A stretch of 64,000 bases of DNA from Octopus sinensis (Eukaryota): contig NC_043002.1 of assembly GCF_006345805.1 (NCBI RefSeq), forward strand, positions 46,314,001 through 46,378,000. Reading direction: 5' to 3'. Under the pieces are notes generated by a model. It was given only the letters and a program-made list of their open reading frames with translations. It did not search any database and was not told the origin of the DNA. This document shows, piece after piece, positions 25,501-39,153 of the stretch; the first letter of the stretch is position 1, and each line of letters starts with the position of its first letter. Made by a program: the position numbers and the translations under genes.

Positions 25501-26587
25501 AAAAAGAAAATGTAAATACAAAGATATAGTGAAAATAAATAAAAATTAACAGCCACATGAAAAAAAAATTGATACAAACTCCATAAATTAAAAAAAAAAA
25601 TGTGTGTATGTTAAACAGCTCCCAGTCTCCCAGTCAATAAAATATTCTCAATTACCTCCCTTTCTTCACCAATACTCGATTCAACACTACGAAATCGACA
25701 CTTAATCAATAGGTGTGATTTCTGTAAAAAGACTACAAAATACTTGTTTCTCATTTTCTTTTACCTCCTACATCGTTTCTCTGAATTTTCCCCTTAAAAT
25801 TACAATTTACAAAGTCACAAAGCAACGCAATCAGACGGCTTTTTGCTTCTAATAAAAACTGTCTAATCTATTCTACATTTGCAATTAACACATCTCAGCA
25901 GGAACTGAAATTTTACTATCAAAGTTCCAAGCCTGTAAATGCAATTGATCCATCACCACATGAAATACAAACTGTAGCAGAATATTTTTAAACGAGTAAA
26001 TAACGTATGACTTCAGGTTCAAACCATTTTTTTTTTTTTTTAATATTAGTAAAATTATTTCACGAAATGTATGCCTACGTGTACATACATATATGACAGA
26101 GGACAAAGATAACAGTCCTAAGTAGTATCTTATTCAACTAAATCTTCCATTTATAAGAGAAAAAAATTACTGTTTTCGGTTCGTACAATTTCGCAAACCG
26201 GATTAAGTAAGACATTCCGAATTCACTGAGCACATTTCTTCAGCTAGTGCATACAAATGAAGTGTTTGGCTAAATTTTAATGATAAAACCGACATACAAA
26301 TATTAGAGAGAAAAGTCAGAACGAAAATAATAGCGTCCTCAACATGATATCGTGTAATATGTGTGTACACACATTACTTTGAAGGTAAAAGCTAAACACT
26401 GAAAATTCAGCTCAACTTCTTCAAGTTATACTAATCATTAACTACCAAATCGCTAAACTGTTCTCTTCCAGAACCCCTCCAAACATACCCTTCAAAACTT
26501 CCTCACCTTACACCACTGTCCCACATTCTATCCACACCAATACACCTTTAGCACATACACACCCCAAGCAACTTATTGAATACTTAC
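22540..26587 (-). other. Probable 5'UTR intron of the SERTA gene
   Basis: Donor TTG|GTAAGT at 26587 followed by a G/T-rich intron start; polypyrimidine-AG acceptor at 22540. Confidence 0.6.
22825..23035. mobile_element. piggyBac-type MITE
   Basis: TTAA|CCCTTTAGCA ... TGCTAAAAGG|TTAA: TTAA target duplication and short TIRs. Confidence 0.8.
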
Positions 26588-26900
26588 CAAAACGTTCATT
26601 ATAGTACAAAGTCAGCTGAACAACTATTAAAAACCACATACAGATCACACACTAGCAAAACACAGTCATGTACTAACCCTGCACCGTCAAGTAAAAACTA
26701 TCAGCCGAAATTCAGCAGTAGAAGTGGATTCCTGCAGCTTGTGGATGTACGCCGCTGACCCACCTCTAACCATAGTCAAGCAAGGTACACCTTGGGGGAA
26801 AGCGTTTCATGTCAGACCCCGACGCAAGGGACAAATTGACGGTCTGTACACGGCACGGTCGTCTCCACGGCCTAACTGCATAAACAGCACCGTAATCTGC
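26588..26900 (-). promoter_or_regulatory. Probable non-coding first exon and promoter of the SERTA gene
   Basis: CpG-rich islet (26745-26895) ending at a consensus GTAAGT donor; the 5' boundary is a guess. Confidence 0.55.
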
Positions 26901-28419
26901 ACACTATAAAGATAAATCACACATAGCAGGGTCTGCATCCTTGAAAATTACTGTCAGAAGATTAAATACAAACCAGAGTATAATATTTGGGGAAGATATA
27001 ATTTCGTAACACAAATACTCTCGAGTTTAGAATTTACAAATGCATATAAATGACAATGTGTTGTTAATGTGTGTGCGTATATGTTTGCGTGTGTGTGCGT
27101 GTATCATATGTAGCTTTTACATCACGAAATATACTGTTAACTTGAAAGAATTTCATCTTGATTTACAAAAAATATTCGTGTTCAGATCATTTGAATCTGA
27201 AAGAAAAAAAGAATTATGAAGATCTAACATTTATAACACTTTAATATCGTAGTATGTAGGTGGACATGCATACAAGTGTCTCGTGTAAGTAAACTGGTTG
27301 TCGCTCCAATTTTCTTCTTTTAAACCAACAAAACATTTTAAGGGGGAAATGAAAAGAAACATTTAGCTATTTTTTAAAATAAATTTTCAAACATACATTC
27401 AACATTAATTTAATAATGAAACAGATTAACAGAATAATTAAAGCCAGCTACGATGTTGCTTAAATTTGTGTGTGTGTGTGTGTATTAGTATATTATATAT
27501 AATTGACTAATTTTTAAAAAAACATTCTACATGAATGAATGTGTCATATCTAAGAATATTTCAAAGATTTAATTAATACGAAACAAAGCGAACTATAGGA
27601 TACAGCAAGCTAGAAATTTGACAAAAACGTAGCCCTCACAGCCAACTAACTAAAAGCAAAATAGATTTTTTTTCCTGGTTCATGCTACGCCCCAGCCAGA
27701 CTGAATTTCAAAATAAAATTCATTTATAAATAATTTTTGAACATCCTTAAAATGGATTTAAACTATTTCGATATATATATATGAATTTTATTGACGTAGG
27801 TTTCATCAGAACGACCTTGACTAATTTGTGGAGAGAGGGGAGCAAATTGCCTCCACATAATAACGGAGAAACAGAAAATGCAGTATTGAAATAATACTGA
27901 ACGCCTTTCGCAAAGGTGTTATAACATCGTGAAACAATTCCGTATCTTTGAAGCTTTGGACTCAAAATTCTGAGGAAACAGTGGTACCTGCCCACTGATG
28001 ATGATGATGATAATAATAATAATAATAGCTATTTAAGTGCAAACTACGTCCTCTTGTTTTGTATCTGTCCACTGATTAAACGCCTATCAAACTATACACA
28101 AACTACACAAAAATTGTCATCTGGAAAACTGCTATAAAGCAAATCCATGTTTTAGTAATTATAAATAGCCAATAATTTATAATTAAGAAAATTATATAAA
28201 CGAGCACTGTTTATTAGCAAGAGAATGAAGAACGACATTTATAAAAGTCATAACAGTAATAATATTAACATTTATTTCAACTAGTGGCGACAAGGGGATA
28301 GCAGTGGTCATGGTAGAAATATAATGCTAAATATAGTAGGAACTTGGTGTTAGTAATGAGTTGAAATTGCAATAAACATTTCAGCGCAGAGGAATAAGTA
28401 AATCTGAGAGAGAGAGAGA

Positions 28420-28494
28420 GGTAACCAACATGTAGACTGCTGGGGGAGAGAGAAGAGCAAATAGACAGAGATAGAAAAAAAGAGAGCAGTATAT

Positions 28495-28533
<39 letters not shown>

Positions 28534-28810
28534 AGCATAGATTAAGAGGGGGAGAGAGGGAAAACCAACAAAAAGAGGGAGAGGGGAGAGACACCAGTAT
28601 ATAGACTGCGAGGAGAGACCAGCAAATAGACAGAGAGAGGGAGAGAGAAAAGGTAAGCAGCACAGGAAAGAGAGAGAGAAGTATCAGTATATAAACTGAG
28701 AAAGCCCAGCATATGAACTGAGAGTGGGGAAAGAAACCAGCATATTCACTAAAAGAGAGAAGGTACCAGCATATTTACTGAGAGAAAGAGAGATGTTACC
28801 AGTATAAATA
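28420..28810. repeat. Degenerate GA-rich minisatellite
   Basis: Recurring CCAGCATATA.ACTGAGAG cores separated by (GA)n. Confidence 0.7.
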
Positions 28811-29529
28811 CATAGGCAGGTCGATAGTAGTTTTAAAGAGAGAAGTAGTAGTAGTAGGTGTGTTTGAGTGAGTGGTCTAAACATGAAAGAGGGGTTGGTT
28901 GGTTGAACGATAGTAGTTGCAGCAACAGAAACTGGTGAGTTGTGTGTGTTAGCAGCAGAAACAGTCTGACAAATATTTGGGTCAACATAAAGCTAACAGC
29001 GGTCCAACTACTACTACCTCTCACCTTACTACGATTACTACTGCCAGCAGCAGCAGCATTTCAACCTTCATAATTAGTTCTACCCCTACTATCATGATAA
29101 TCTTACTATCTCACCACCACTGTACACAGCCACAATCTCTCCCAGAAAGACTTCTACTGCTACACTACTGCATGTTCCTTCTATACTTTCTAGTTTAGCC
29201 ACAAACATTCCGCTCTTTCTCTATAAAATAAAAAAAAAAGGCATGGAAGATGACAATGTGGCGGTCTAATAGCCTAAGCAAGAGGCTATACCCGCCTACT
29301 AAGGATGTGTGTGAAACAAAACTTAAAAAAGATTGGTGGGACAACAGTATAAAATGAAAAAAAAATATCACTAATGTTCAATTTTTATATTAATTATAAT
29401 TTTTAGTTGGCTTCGATAGCGAGCATACAAAACTGTCTTGATAGTTATTTTTAAAAAAACATCTTAGAAAATGTATTTCATTTAAAATAGCAAAACCATG
29501 AAAATAATCGAATAGAAATAATGATGAAA

Positions 29530-29745
29530 AATGCAAAAGAAATAGTGAACAGGTCTAAAATGAAGGATGCAAATAGATATAGTGAATAGGACAAACTGAA
29601 CGGAGTGACAGAGATAGCAATGAACATGACTAATTGAAAAAATGTAAGAGAAATAAGAGTGAACATGACTAATTTGAAAAATGCAAAACAAATATTAGTG
29701 AACATGACTAACTGAAAAATGCAATAGAAATAGCAGTGAACAGCA
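29530..29745. repeat. 38-39 bp minisatellite
   Basis: TGAACATGACTAA units at 29621, 29660 and 29699, a fourth TGAACA start at 29737, and more decayed units upstream. Confidence 0.85.
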
Positions 29746-30559
29746 TTAAATGAAGAGGGCAATGCAATTAGCGAGCGAACCCCTGTTCGCTAACTGAGCA
29801 GTATATGAATCTCTTCCTTCAACACTAGTCATTACAGCAATGTACACCAAAGAGAAGAGGGCAAAAATGATATAAATGTAGAAATACATTGGGATTTTTT
29901 TTTAATTTTTATTCTTGTTGCTTTTAAATTTAAAATGCTCTCAAATTATGGTTAGAATTAAATAAGACGAGGCAGAAGAGGGGAGACAAACACAGAAGAG
30001 TATGATGACGGTTGGTACACTGGAAAGGAAAGTGTCCGTTTTTGGAGCAGCAAAAAAGGATGCAAGAGGCTATTCAGTGCAATGAAATGTTTGTATTAAA
30101 AAAAATGAAACGAACTTGGAAGGGAAAGGCACTTGAATCGAAGAGAAATTTTAGGAAAGAATCCTTTGCCATTGAAACAAAATAAGTAAAATATCAGGTT
30201 AAAATACATACTATTATTGATTCGAAGTAAACTAATTCTTAAATTCATTTTTTAAATAGGATTACTGATCCAAACACAATACTATCCGCAAGGTGAACGT
30301 GATATGTATTATTAATATTTTTTTTAAAAATAGCTTTCCATTTCATTCACAGAAACAAAACCTTATATAAGAAATTAAGAAATTTGATTGAAAAATTTTA
30401 ATTTAGAAGCGATAGTAGCAACTAATGGTAAATAATTAAGAGGCTTAACTTGTAAGTGTTAAAAGTACTATTATCAATAAGCTGACAACAGAAAACTATA
30501 TAAACTACTATTGAAACAAAAAAAGGAAAGTCTAACACACACACGAGAGAGATGCATTG

Positions 30560-30990
30560 ATGCATGCATGCCTGCATACAAAGACGGATACATGGGTAGA
30601 CTGACAGACGGTCAAATGGATGGACGGGTAGACAACAGACGGACGGGTGGTTGAAAGGACGGAGAAACAGATAAACGTAAGAATGGTTAGATGGATAAAC
30701 AAACAAGTGGATGGACTGATAGACGGACGAATGGATAGACAGACAGATGGATGGATTCACAGATGGATTGATGAATAAAGAGAGTCTAATTGATGGGTGG
30801 ATAGATGAAAAGACATGAATGAATGGATTAAAGACAGGTGGTTAGAGAGGGATAAATGGATGAAAAGACAAATGAATAGATTGGATGACTAGTATGAAGG
30901 ATGGATGAATGCAGACAGACGGATCGATGAAAAGACAGATGGAGGCACGGATAGATGAAAAGACAAATGGAGAAGATGGATGGATGAATA
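30560..30990. repeat. Degenerate (GGAT)/(AGAC) microsatellite
   Basis: Direct reading. Confidence 0.8.
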
Positions 30991-31439
30991 TTGTAATCCT
31001 TAACCGAGAAACATCCGGTTGTAAAACAATGCCTCACTAATATATTCATCTAACCCATGCTAGCAGGGAAAAAAACCGACATGGAGACAAAAGACACACG
31101 CACACAAACATAGAAGGCAAGGAACTAGAAAAGTCATTAGAATGTCAGGCTGCCTTATGTTATTCGTTCCGGATCTCTGCACTCTCAGTTCAAATACCAA
31201 AGAATTCAATTTTTCTTTCCACCCATTCAGTGTCTATAAATAAAATACCAATCCTGCCAGAGCCTCTCCAGGCAAAATTTACAACGGACAGAAGTGGGGA
31301 GCAATGGTTTCTGCCAGGTCTAAAAAAAATAGACAAGATACTTGCCATGATGGCATCCCTACAACTATCAGGAGTTGAGGGCCCAAAATAAGGCAAATCA
31401 TATATGCATATATATGTGTGTATATATATATATATATAT

Positions 31440-31790
31440 AGCTTCCCAAACACATGGCTTTGGGTTTGGTCCCACTGCGTGACACCTTGGGCAAGTGTCT
31501 TCTACTATAGCCTCAGGCCGACCAAAGCTTTGAGTGGATTTGGTAGATGGAAACTGAAAGAAACCCATCGTGTGTACGTGTGTGTGTATATATATATATA
31601 TATATATGCGCGCGTGTGTTTGCCCCACCCCTACCATCGCTTGATAACCGATGCTGGTGTGTTTATGTCCCCGTTCGGCAAAACAGACCGATAAATTAAG
31701 TACTAGGCTTACAAAGAATAAGTCCTGTGTCGATCTGTTCGACTAAAGGCGGTGCTCCAGCATGACCGCAGTCAAGACTGAAAAAAGTAA
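31440..31790 (+). mobile_element. SINE of the 8239 family with internal (TA)n
   Basis: CCCACTGCGTGACACCTTGGGCAAGTGTC ... GGCGGTGCTCCAGCATGACCGCAG...GTAAAAGAA. Confidence 0.85.
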
Positions 31791-34700
31791 AAGAATATAT
31801 ACACACACACACACTTGCGTGTGTATACACATGTATAGAAATACATAGATACGCATATATGCTTGATTATATAAATATATATTAAGCGCGCGCGCACTCA
31901 CATACCAATATCCATATTGTCGAGGGAACCCCGAGCTGTTACAAATAACAAGGTATTCTTTCTGAACCCTAATGATTCTGCCAATTGCTGTCTAGAATGT
32001 ACACACACGCGCGCATATGTATCTACAACATATATCGTCAGTAAAACTTAAATCCAAATAGGAAGTACACTAAGTTATAGAGCAGTATTGTGTGTGTATG
32101 TATATATATGATGGTATATATATATATATATATATATTGTTATTAATTTACTGTTTTCAGTCCTTGGACAGTGTCTATGCTGGGTCACCGTCTGTAAGGT
32201 TTTAGTCATTCACATTTACCAGGGAATATATTTCAGTCTGGTACTTATAAATTAGTTAAACAGTGCAAAATGCTTAAATTTTTTAATAAATGAGTGAACG
32301 AATGTACATATGCATGTACGTATGTAGATGTATTGATAAGAGTCTATGGTCAAGTCACGTGTCGCTTTTGTTTACTGGTTACCCTCTTTCTGTCACGCTA
32401 TAGGAATGTAGATGGCGAAAATAGTGACTGTGCAAACAGATGTGGAAGAGAGGAGATAGAAAGAACGAGCAAACTGTCATCTCGCCCGACTGCATGTCTC
32501 AGCCAGCAAGAGACAGAGAGAGAGAGAGAGACACTCGGGATGAGACAACCGTGAAATAGTGATAGAAACTGTGAGAAAGTGTGAAAGATCATTAAGAGAG
32601 AAGCAGTGAAGATAATTTTTTTTCTAAGAGGGAATCTGAGATAACAGAAGTACTAGAGAATGAGGAACGAATCATAGAAATTTCTAAATGGTATCCAAAT
32701 GTCAGCATGGAGAAGATGGGAAATGAAGAAAAGATGGAAATATATATATACCCAAGTTGGAGGGAAAATTGCGAGAATACGTATAGACAATAGAAGGGAA
32801 GCAATGATGATGGCAAAAGGAAGAGTTTTGAAATATATACCAACAGGTTATTCTTGTCTAAGAATCATAGTTCTCAGTAAGAGAGAAACTGCTCAATTTT
32901 GAAATGCAGTAATTAAACAGAGAGACGTGGAATAAGGTACAAATGAAAATCAAGTAAGGGTTGGCACCAACCATAGAATTACTGCCAAAAGAGGTCTCGC
33001 TCCAGACCATTCCAGCAATGAAAAAGTATGCGAAAACATGTCTATGTTTCTTATTATACACACAGATAGATAACACTGCTATCTTAACGTCCAGATTTCC
33101 ATGCCAGCATGGGTCACATGAAATTCGCTGAGACAGATTTTTCACAGAGAGGATGCTCTTCCTGTTGCCAACCCTCACCAGTTTCTGAGCAAAAGAATAT
33201 TTCCTTTAGTCCTTCAAACACAAATGTCATAACGACCAGACATGTTTTTATGGAAGATTGCAAACAAACGACACCCACTTGTACGAGGGTGACGTCCGTT
33301 CACAATTAGCACATGATCTCAAGAAAAGATATGGATATACACAACTCGTATAAACATGCACAATGGGGCTCTTTCAATTTTCAGAACTGACCCTGACACT
33401 ACATGATTGTGAAGTGAATTTCTTAATTACATAGCCAGGCCTTATGGCACATACAAATGTACATGCAATATACACATTTTATGTTTGCTTTTTTCCATGC
33501 TGTATAGGTTAAATGATTTGACAGGTCAGCAGATTACATTTCCAATGCCTCAATCTAGGATTGGTTTCTGTGGCTACATGCCCTTCCGAACACCAACCAT
33601 TCGATAAGGTCTATAACACATATACTACATACACAAAATATATAATACACACACATATGTGCATGTAATATTAAATATAACAGCATGTGTGGGTGTGCCT
33701 GTTTATGCATGTGTTCTTTTAGTTTGTCTACCAAATCCCGGGGTTACAGTAGATGACATTTGCACCAAGGCACAGCACTGAGGTGCACTGAACCTAAAGC
33801 CACATAGTTTCAATATGAACTTCAACACAGACCCATGCCTTGTACTTTGGATGTGTGTGAGCATGTGCAAATGCACACACACATACACAGGTCCTTTGAG
33901 GATGAGGTAACAGGAAAACAAACATATTGTGTGTGTGGGCAATAGGGAGAGCAACCAGCCTAGAAAATCCACTTCCACAAATGTCATCTGACTCATGTGA
34001 GCACATGTATTATATTGTGCACCTGTTTATGCCAGCTTTTCTCAAGTTTGCATGGGCTGGGCAAGACTTGTCAAAGTATTCTACTGCAGGATGTCTTTCC
34101 AATGCAAACATTTGTCAAGGTAATTTTATTCCACTAGTCTTCAAGTGTAGAGTTCACCAAGCTATGGGTTGCGTTTTTACACAAGTCATGAAGATAATAT
34201 CACTATCGCTAACAGGACACGCAGAAAGAAATACCTATACTTGCACAGTTGCCACCTTCACTCTCAAGGAATTTGTCATGCCATGACAATAGCTGAACTA
34301 TTGAACGGTGCTACACAGCAGGATGACATCTGAAACAAGCTGGTTATGCAGTAAACTTCATTTCCACACAGACATGTATATGTTTTTATATCCACACACA
34401 CACAAAATATAGAGACATAGTATATATACACATATAACTTAGAGAATATGCAAGTCTCTGTGGAACAGAAGTCTGCATACATATATACAGAGACAGCTGT
34501 GTTAAGAAGCTCACTTTGAAACCGTGTGGTTTCTGGTTCTGTTCCATTGCATGGCAACTTGAGCAGGTGTCTTCCACTACAGCCCCGGACCAAGCAATGA
34601 CTTGAGTGAATTTGGTAGACATACACAAGCATATATAGATACACAAACATGTACACAAATCCATATGTTGTGTATACACACACACAACATATTCATGCCA

Positions 34701-35060
34701 TCATTTAAGCTCCAGTTTTCCATGCTTGCATGGGTCAAATTGAATTTATCAAAGCAGATTTACTATAACCAAACACATTTCCAGTCACCAACCTTCACCT
34801 CTTTCCAAGCAAGATAATATTCACCCAAGGCCAGACATTTTCACAGAATATTGGAAATGAATGACATTGCTTGTATGACAGTGGCATTCACTCACAACTA
34901 TCAAGGAAACTTAAACATACATATGTGAAGGGCTTCTTTCAGTGGCCACCTAGCATATACACTAACAGGGATTTAGTCAACCCACAATTACAATTGCAGG
35001 CATTTGCTCAAGGTACCAATGCAGTGGGAGGCAAACTTAACTGTGCACACACACACGCAC

Positions 35061-35242
35061 ACGAGGGGTGCTGAAAAGTTCCTGGATTTAGGTAAAAGAA
35101 AATACAGGAGGATCAGATTCACACACTTATTGCAGCAGTCCTTCAGTTTTTCTAAGCCTTGTAAAAGACTTGGACAATTGGGCCTCCAACCAGGCCTTTC
35201 ATGATATTCTTAAAGCCAAGAACTTTCAAGCACTGCCTCATA
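35061..35242. mobile_element. mariner-type MITE
   Basis: ACGAGGGGTGCTGAAAAGTTCCTGG ... CCAAGAACTTTCAAGCACTGCCTCATA imperfect TIRs, TA at the right end. Confidence 0.7.
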
Positions 35243-38200
35243 TAAAATGTGCAGGAAACTGTCCAGTTAAAAAGATCGCCTCTTGACCATGTGATTTGGG
35301 GCTCAAGACTAACTGACCATTACCACGGACAAGCGACTTCTAATGTAGACCCAGGCTGATCAAAGCCTTGCAAATGGATTTGGTGAGTGAAAACTGAATG
35401 AAGCCAGTTGAGAGTGTGTGTATCCCATTCTATCTGACATCATTCAATAGTCGTGAGGGTTGGCAACAGGAAAGGCATACAGCAATAAAAAATCTTCAAA
35501 CTCTTTCTCACTCACATAAACTTGGAAAAGTAGATGTCAAAATAATTACATATATATATATATATATGGGTGTATGTATGTACACACCTACATGCGCACG
35601 TGTATATAAGTATGAGCATATAACAAAATACGCGAGTAGGAATGGCTGTATTATGAAGTTTCCTTCACAACTTTGTGGTTTCAAGTTCAGTCACACTGTG
35701 ACACCTTGAGGAAGTGCCTTCTACTTTAGCCCAGGGCAGACCAAAATATTGTGTGGATTTGAGAGATGGAAACTGAAAGAAGCCAATGACATATGTGTTT
35801 CACCTTGTCTTCGATATTGCATGGTAGTCGTAAGCTAGTGTCACCAACCAACCAATGTCATTCATTTCTAATGTTCTGTGAAAAGATGTCTAATCAAAAG
35901 GAAATATTACCTTACTTGGAAACAGATCAAGCTCAGCAACAAGCAAGCATGTGCTTCAATAAATTCAAACTGATCCATGTAAATAAGGGAAAGTGAACTT
36001 CAAAAATGTATACAAATACATACACAATGTATATACATAAAATATATATACATGCATAAGTGTATGTGTGTGTGTGTATGTATATATATATATATACACA
36101 CACAAGGAGTGTGAATATAGATATATGACATTTCTTTAATCTACATCCTTTTTCCACACCAGTATGCAATGGACAGATATACTGAGAATTATTTTACTGA
36201 TGTCGTGTGTATTTGAAAAATACTTTACTACCAACCAATTCAGGCTTGGACAAGATGAGAACAGGAAGAAAATTGGTGACACTGGTCAGGTAGCAAAAAC
36301 TGCAATATTTTGATCATGTTAGCAAGAACCTCTGTCTCCTGCATCCTCAGAAATTGGATGGGTCCATATGCAACAAAGACTAAGAGGAATCTGGCAGAAT
36401 GTATGGTAAGAAATGATAGCAATATCTGAGCTGAAACCACCAATCCTCAGTCATTAGACTGGACATATTCATTCATGTATGTTTGTCTACACTGAGTGTA
36501 TACATATATGCATGTGTGTGTATGAACATAGGTAAATATGCATGGCTGTTGCTATTCCATGAATGTCACAAACTAATCAAAAGCAGCAATGAATCTGAAA
36601 TTCACTTTTGGCATTACGACCAGTTACTCTATGCTTTCTAAGACCTGCAGAATAAAGTCCCCTAGTCACAAAATATTGCCTCAAGTAACTCCCCATCTAA
36701 CTATGCTAGAATGCAAAAGGGAAAAAGATGAATGAATACATACAAACACTCAGGCTTCCAACTATCGTGATACAGTTGCTATCCTGAAAACCTTGTGGTA
36801 ATGTAGAATTATCAAACCCAAATTCATTTTCCCTTTGGCTCCTATGTAACATGGCAGTCAGTGGTAATATAAATTTTACATAAGCTTTTCAAGATTCAGA
36901 GTGAGAGTGATGCATCTATATTGATGTGTGAGTGTGCATCAGGAGATACTGGTTTCAAAAACTAATACAACTATAATTTAAGTAACATACACTAGTGCAG
37001 AGGTGTTTGCTTATTCAGAAAACATGATAATTATGAAATGTGATTGATTTACACACACATATACCTGGGTTGACCTAGGTTTTGTAATTTGGTAAATGGA
37101 AACTGAAAGAAGTCCATTATGTATGCATGTGTGTGTGTGTGTGTGTGTGTGCACTGTGCAAAAGATGCTTGCTTCAAGTTGTGTTGTTGCTTCTGCAAAG
37201 ATATCCAATCACTTTATGCCTTCAAAGATATGTGACATATGAGAGCTCGTATGTGAAAATAAGGGTTAGCAACAGGAGGGCATCCACTTGTAGGATATTG
37301 CCTCAGTAAGTTTAGCCCATACTAGCATCAAAACAGACGAAAAATGAACAAATAGGCATTCTTCCATCAGAGTGTGCCGTTTGTGTTTGAAAGGTAAGAA
37401 GAAACACCTTACTTGGAAACAAATGAGAGTTGGCAACAGAAAGAGCATCTAGCTGTAGAAAATCAGCCTTAGCAAATTTTTGTCTGACGAATTCAAGTAT
37501 GGAAAATACTTAAATACATAAATACATAAATACATAAATACATACACATAACATCTACATACTTAGATATATAATCTATAAGAATGATAGATGCGTACAT
37601 ACATACACACGTATATTGATTGAAAGGCCAACTAAAGGCTCACGAATTGAACTTCTGAAATTAAATGTTCAAATAAAAGAACTCCTAGCCTGAAAGTACT
37701 TAGCCAAAGAAACAAGCTGAAACAATAGGAAATAGTTCATTCTTTAATTTGCCAAGATAGTAAATATAGATGATTGTCTTGAAAATGGCCATAGAAATTA
37801 ACTGGAAACTTAACCAAGAAAAAAAATTCATATTACTTTTGCCACCAAAACCCAGTTGATACCACAAAATATTTTTACAAATTAGCTTTTTTTTTAATGA
37901 TTGCTGAAGATATTTTCATCTGATATCAAATTTAAACGCCCGTATTTTGGAAATTCTAAATGGCAACTTTTTTCTAGGTATGGAGAAAGGAGCAATGCCA
38001 ATGATCTTGGTCTATCTACCATTGCCACAGACGGAAACTGGAAGGGGGTCTAATTGTGATTAAAATTTAACGGTTGATAAGCTATAAGTTACAATAAAAA
38101 TGCATTTCCAATAAATTATTAGCTTCTACGTTTAAATCTAAAAGCATTATATTTCAGCCTTGGAAGGAGAATTACATACAGATACAATGAAATATATGGA

Positions 38201-38950
38201 AAAAAAGGCCTGCAGTTGTCCAAATGAAAAAAGAAATCAGAATTGCGATGGCTGTGGATCTATTTTCAACAACGGGTAGCAAGAATAATGATCATTATGC
38301 AGCCTTAAATAATGCAGCCTTAAAAAATTGTGATGGTTAGTGTATGTAAAAATAGGCCAACATAAACCGTGTTGGAGAAGGTTGCAAAACATGGACAAAG
38401 GTAATAAAGACAATAGTCATGTTTGTCGATTTCTAAAATAAAACATGAGTTAGGATAACGACAGCTTAAGAATTCATTCACTCCGCTTATTAAACTTTAA
38501 AAATTCTAGAGAAAAGAAAACAACCAATGTTATATAAAATTACATGTTTAAACATTTAATTGGTGCTCACAATATAAAGTTCGAATTAAATTACCGATGG
38601 ATTAAGTTTAAATTACACCGGTACCATAGGGCTAAGGTGTTTCTTCAAAGGAGAGCGACCAAAATCAAGGGACTTCACTGCCAGAGGAAGTTGCAAGAAG
38701 TCACCCAAATATTTAATAGAAATATAAATTCAAACAGTCGCATAAAATCTATTCTACAGTTTAAATTATTTCTTTTTGCCGACTCAGAATGTCATTAGCT
38801 TCTTCAGATTCTATGCTGTTTTACTAAAATATTCAATCGAAGTTTCATTTCAAACATCGACAAAAATCAGCAAATGCCATTCATTAACCTATCACGAACA
38901 CAAAAACCGGTGAAAACAAATACAATGTATAAATACTTAAAACTTCAATA

Positions 38951-39153
38951 TTCTTTTCTACTTCGGGCACAAAGCCCAAAATTTTGGGGGATGGGACAAG
39001 TCGATTAGATCGACCCCAGTACGCAACTGGTATTTAATTTATCGACTCCGAAAGTATGACAGGCAAAGTCGACCTCGGCGGAATTTGTACTCAGAACATA
39101 AAAGACAGACAAAATACCGCTAAGCATATTTCGTCCGGCGTGCCAACGTTTCT
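38951..39153 (-). mobile_element. tRNA-derived SINE, second family (Nin/Deu-like central motif)
   Basis: Reverse complement contains CCGCCGAGGTCGACTTTGCC...CGGAGTCGATAAATTAAATACC; same family as 47607, 53905 and 55818. Confidence 0.8.

Noticed and set aside
29478-29762. Hydrophobic 94-aa ORF with a 13-aa period
   Set aside because: By-product of the 39-bp minisatellite read on its T-rich strand.
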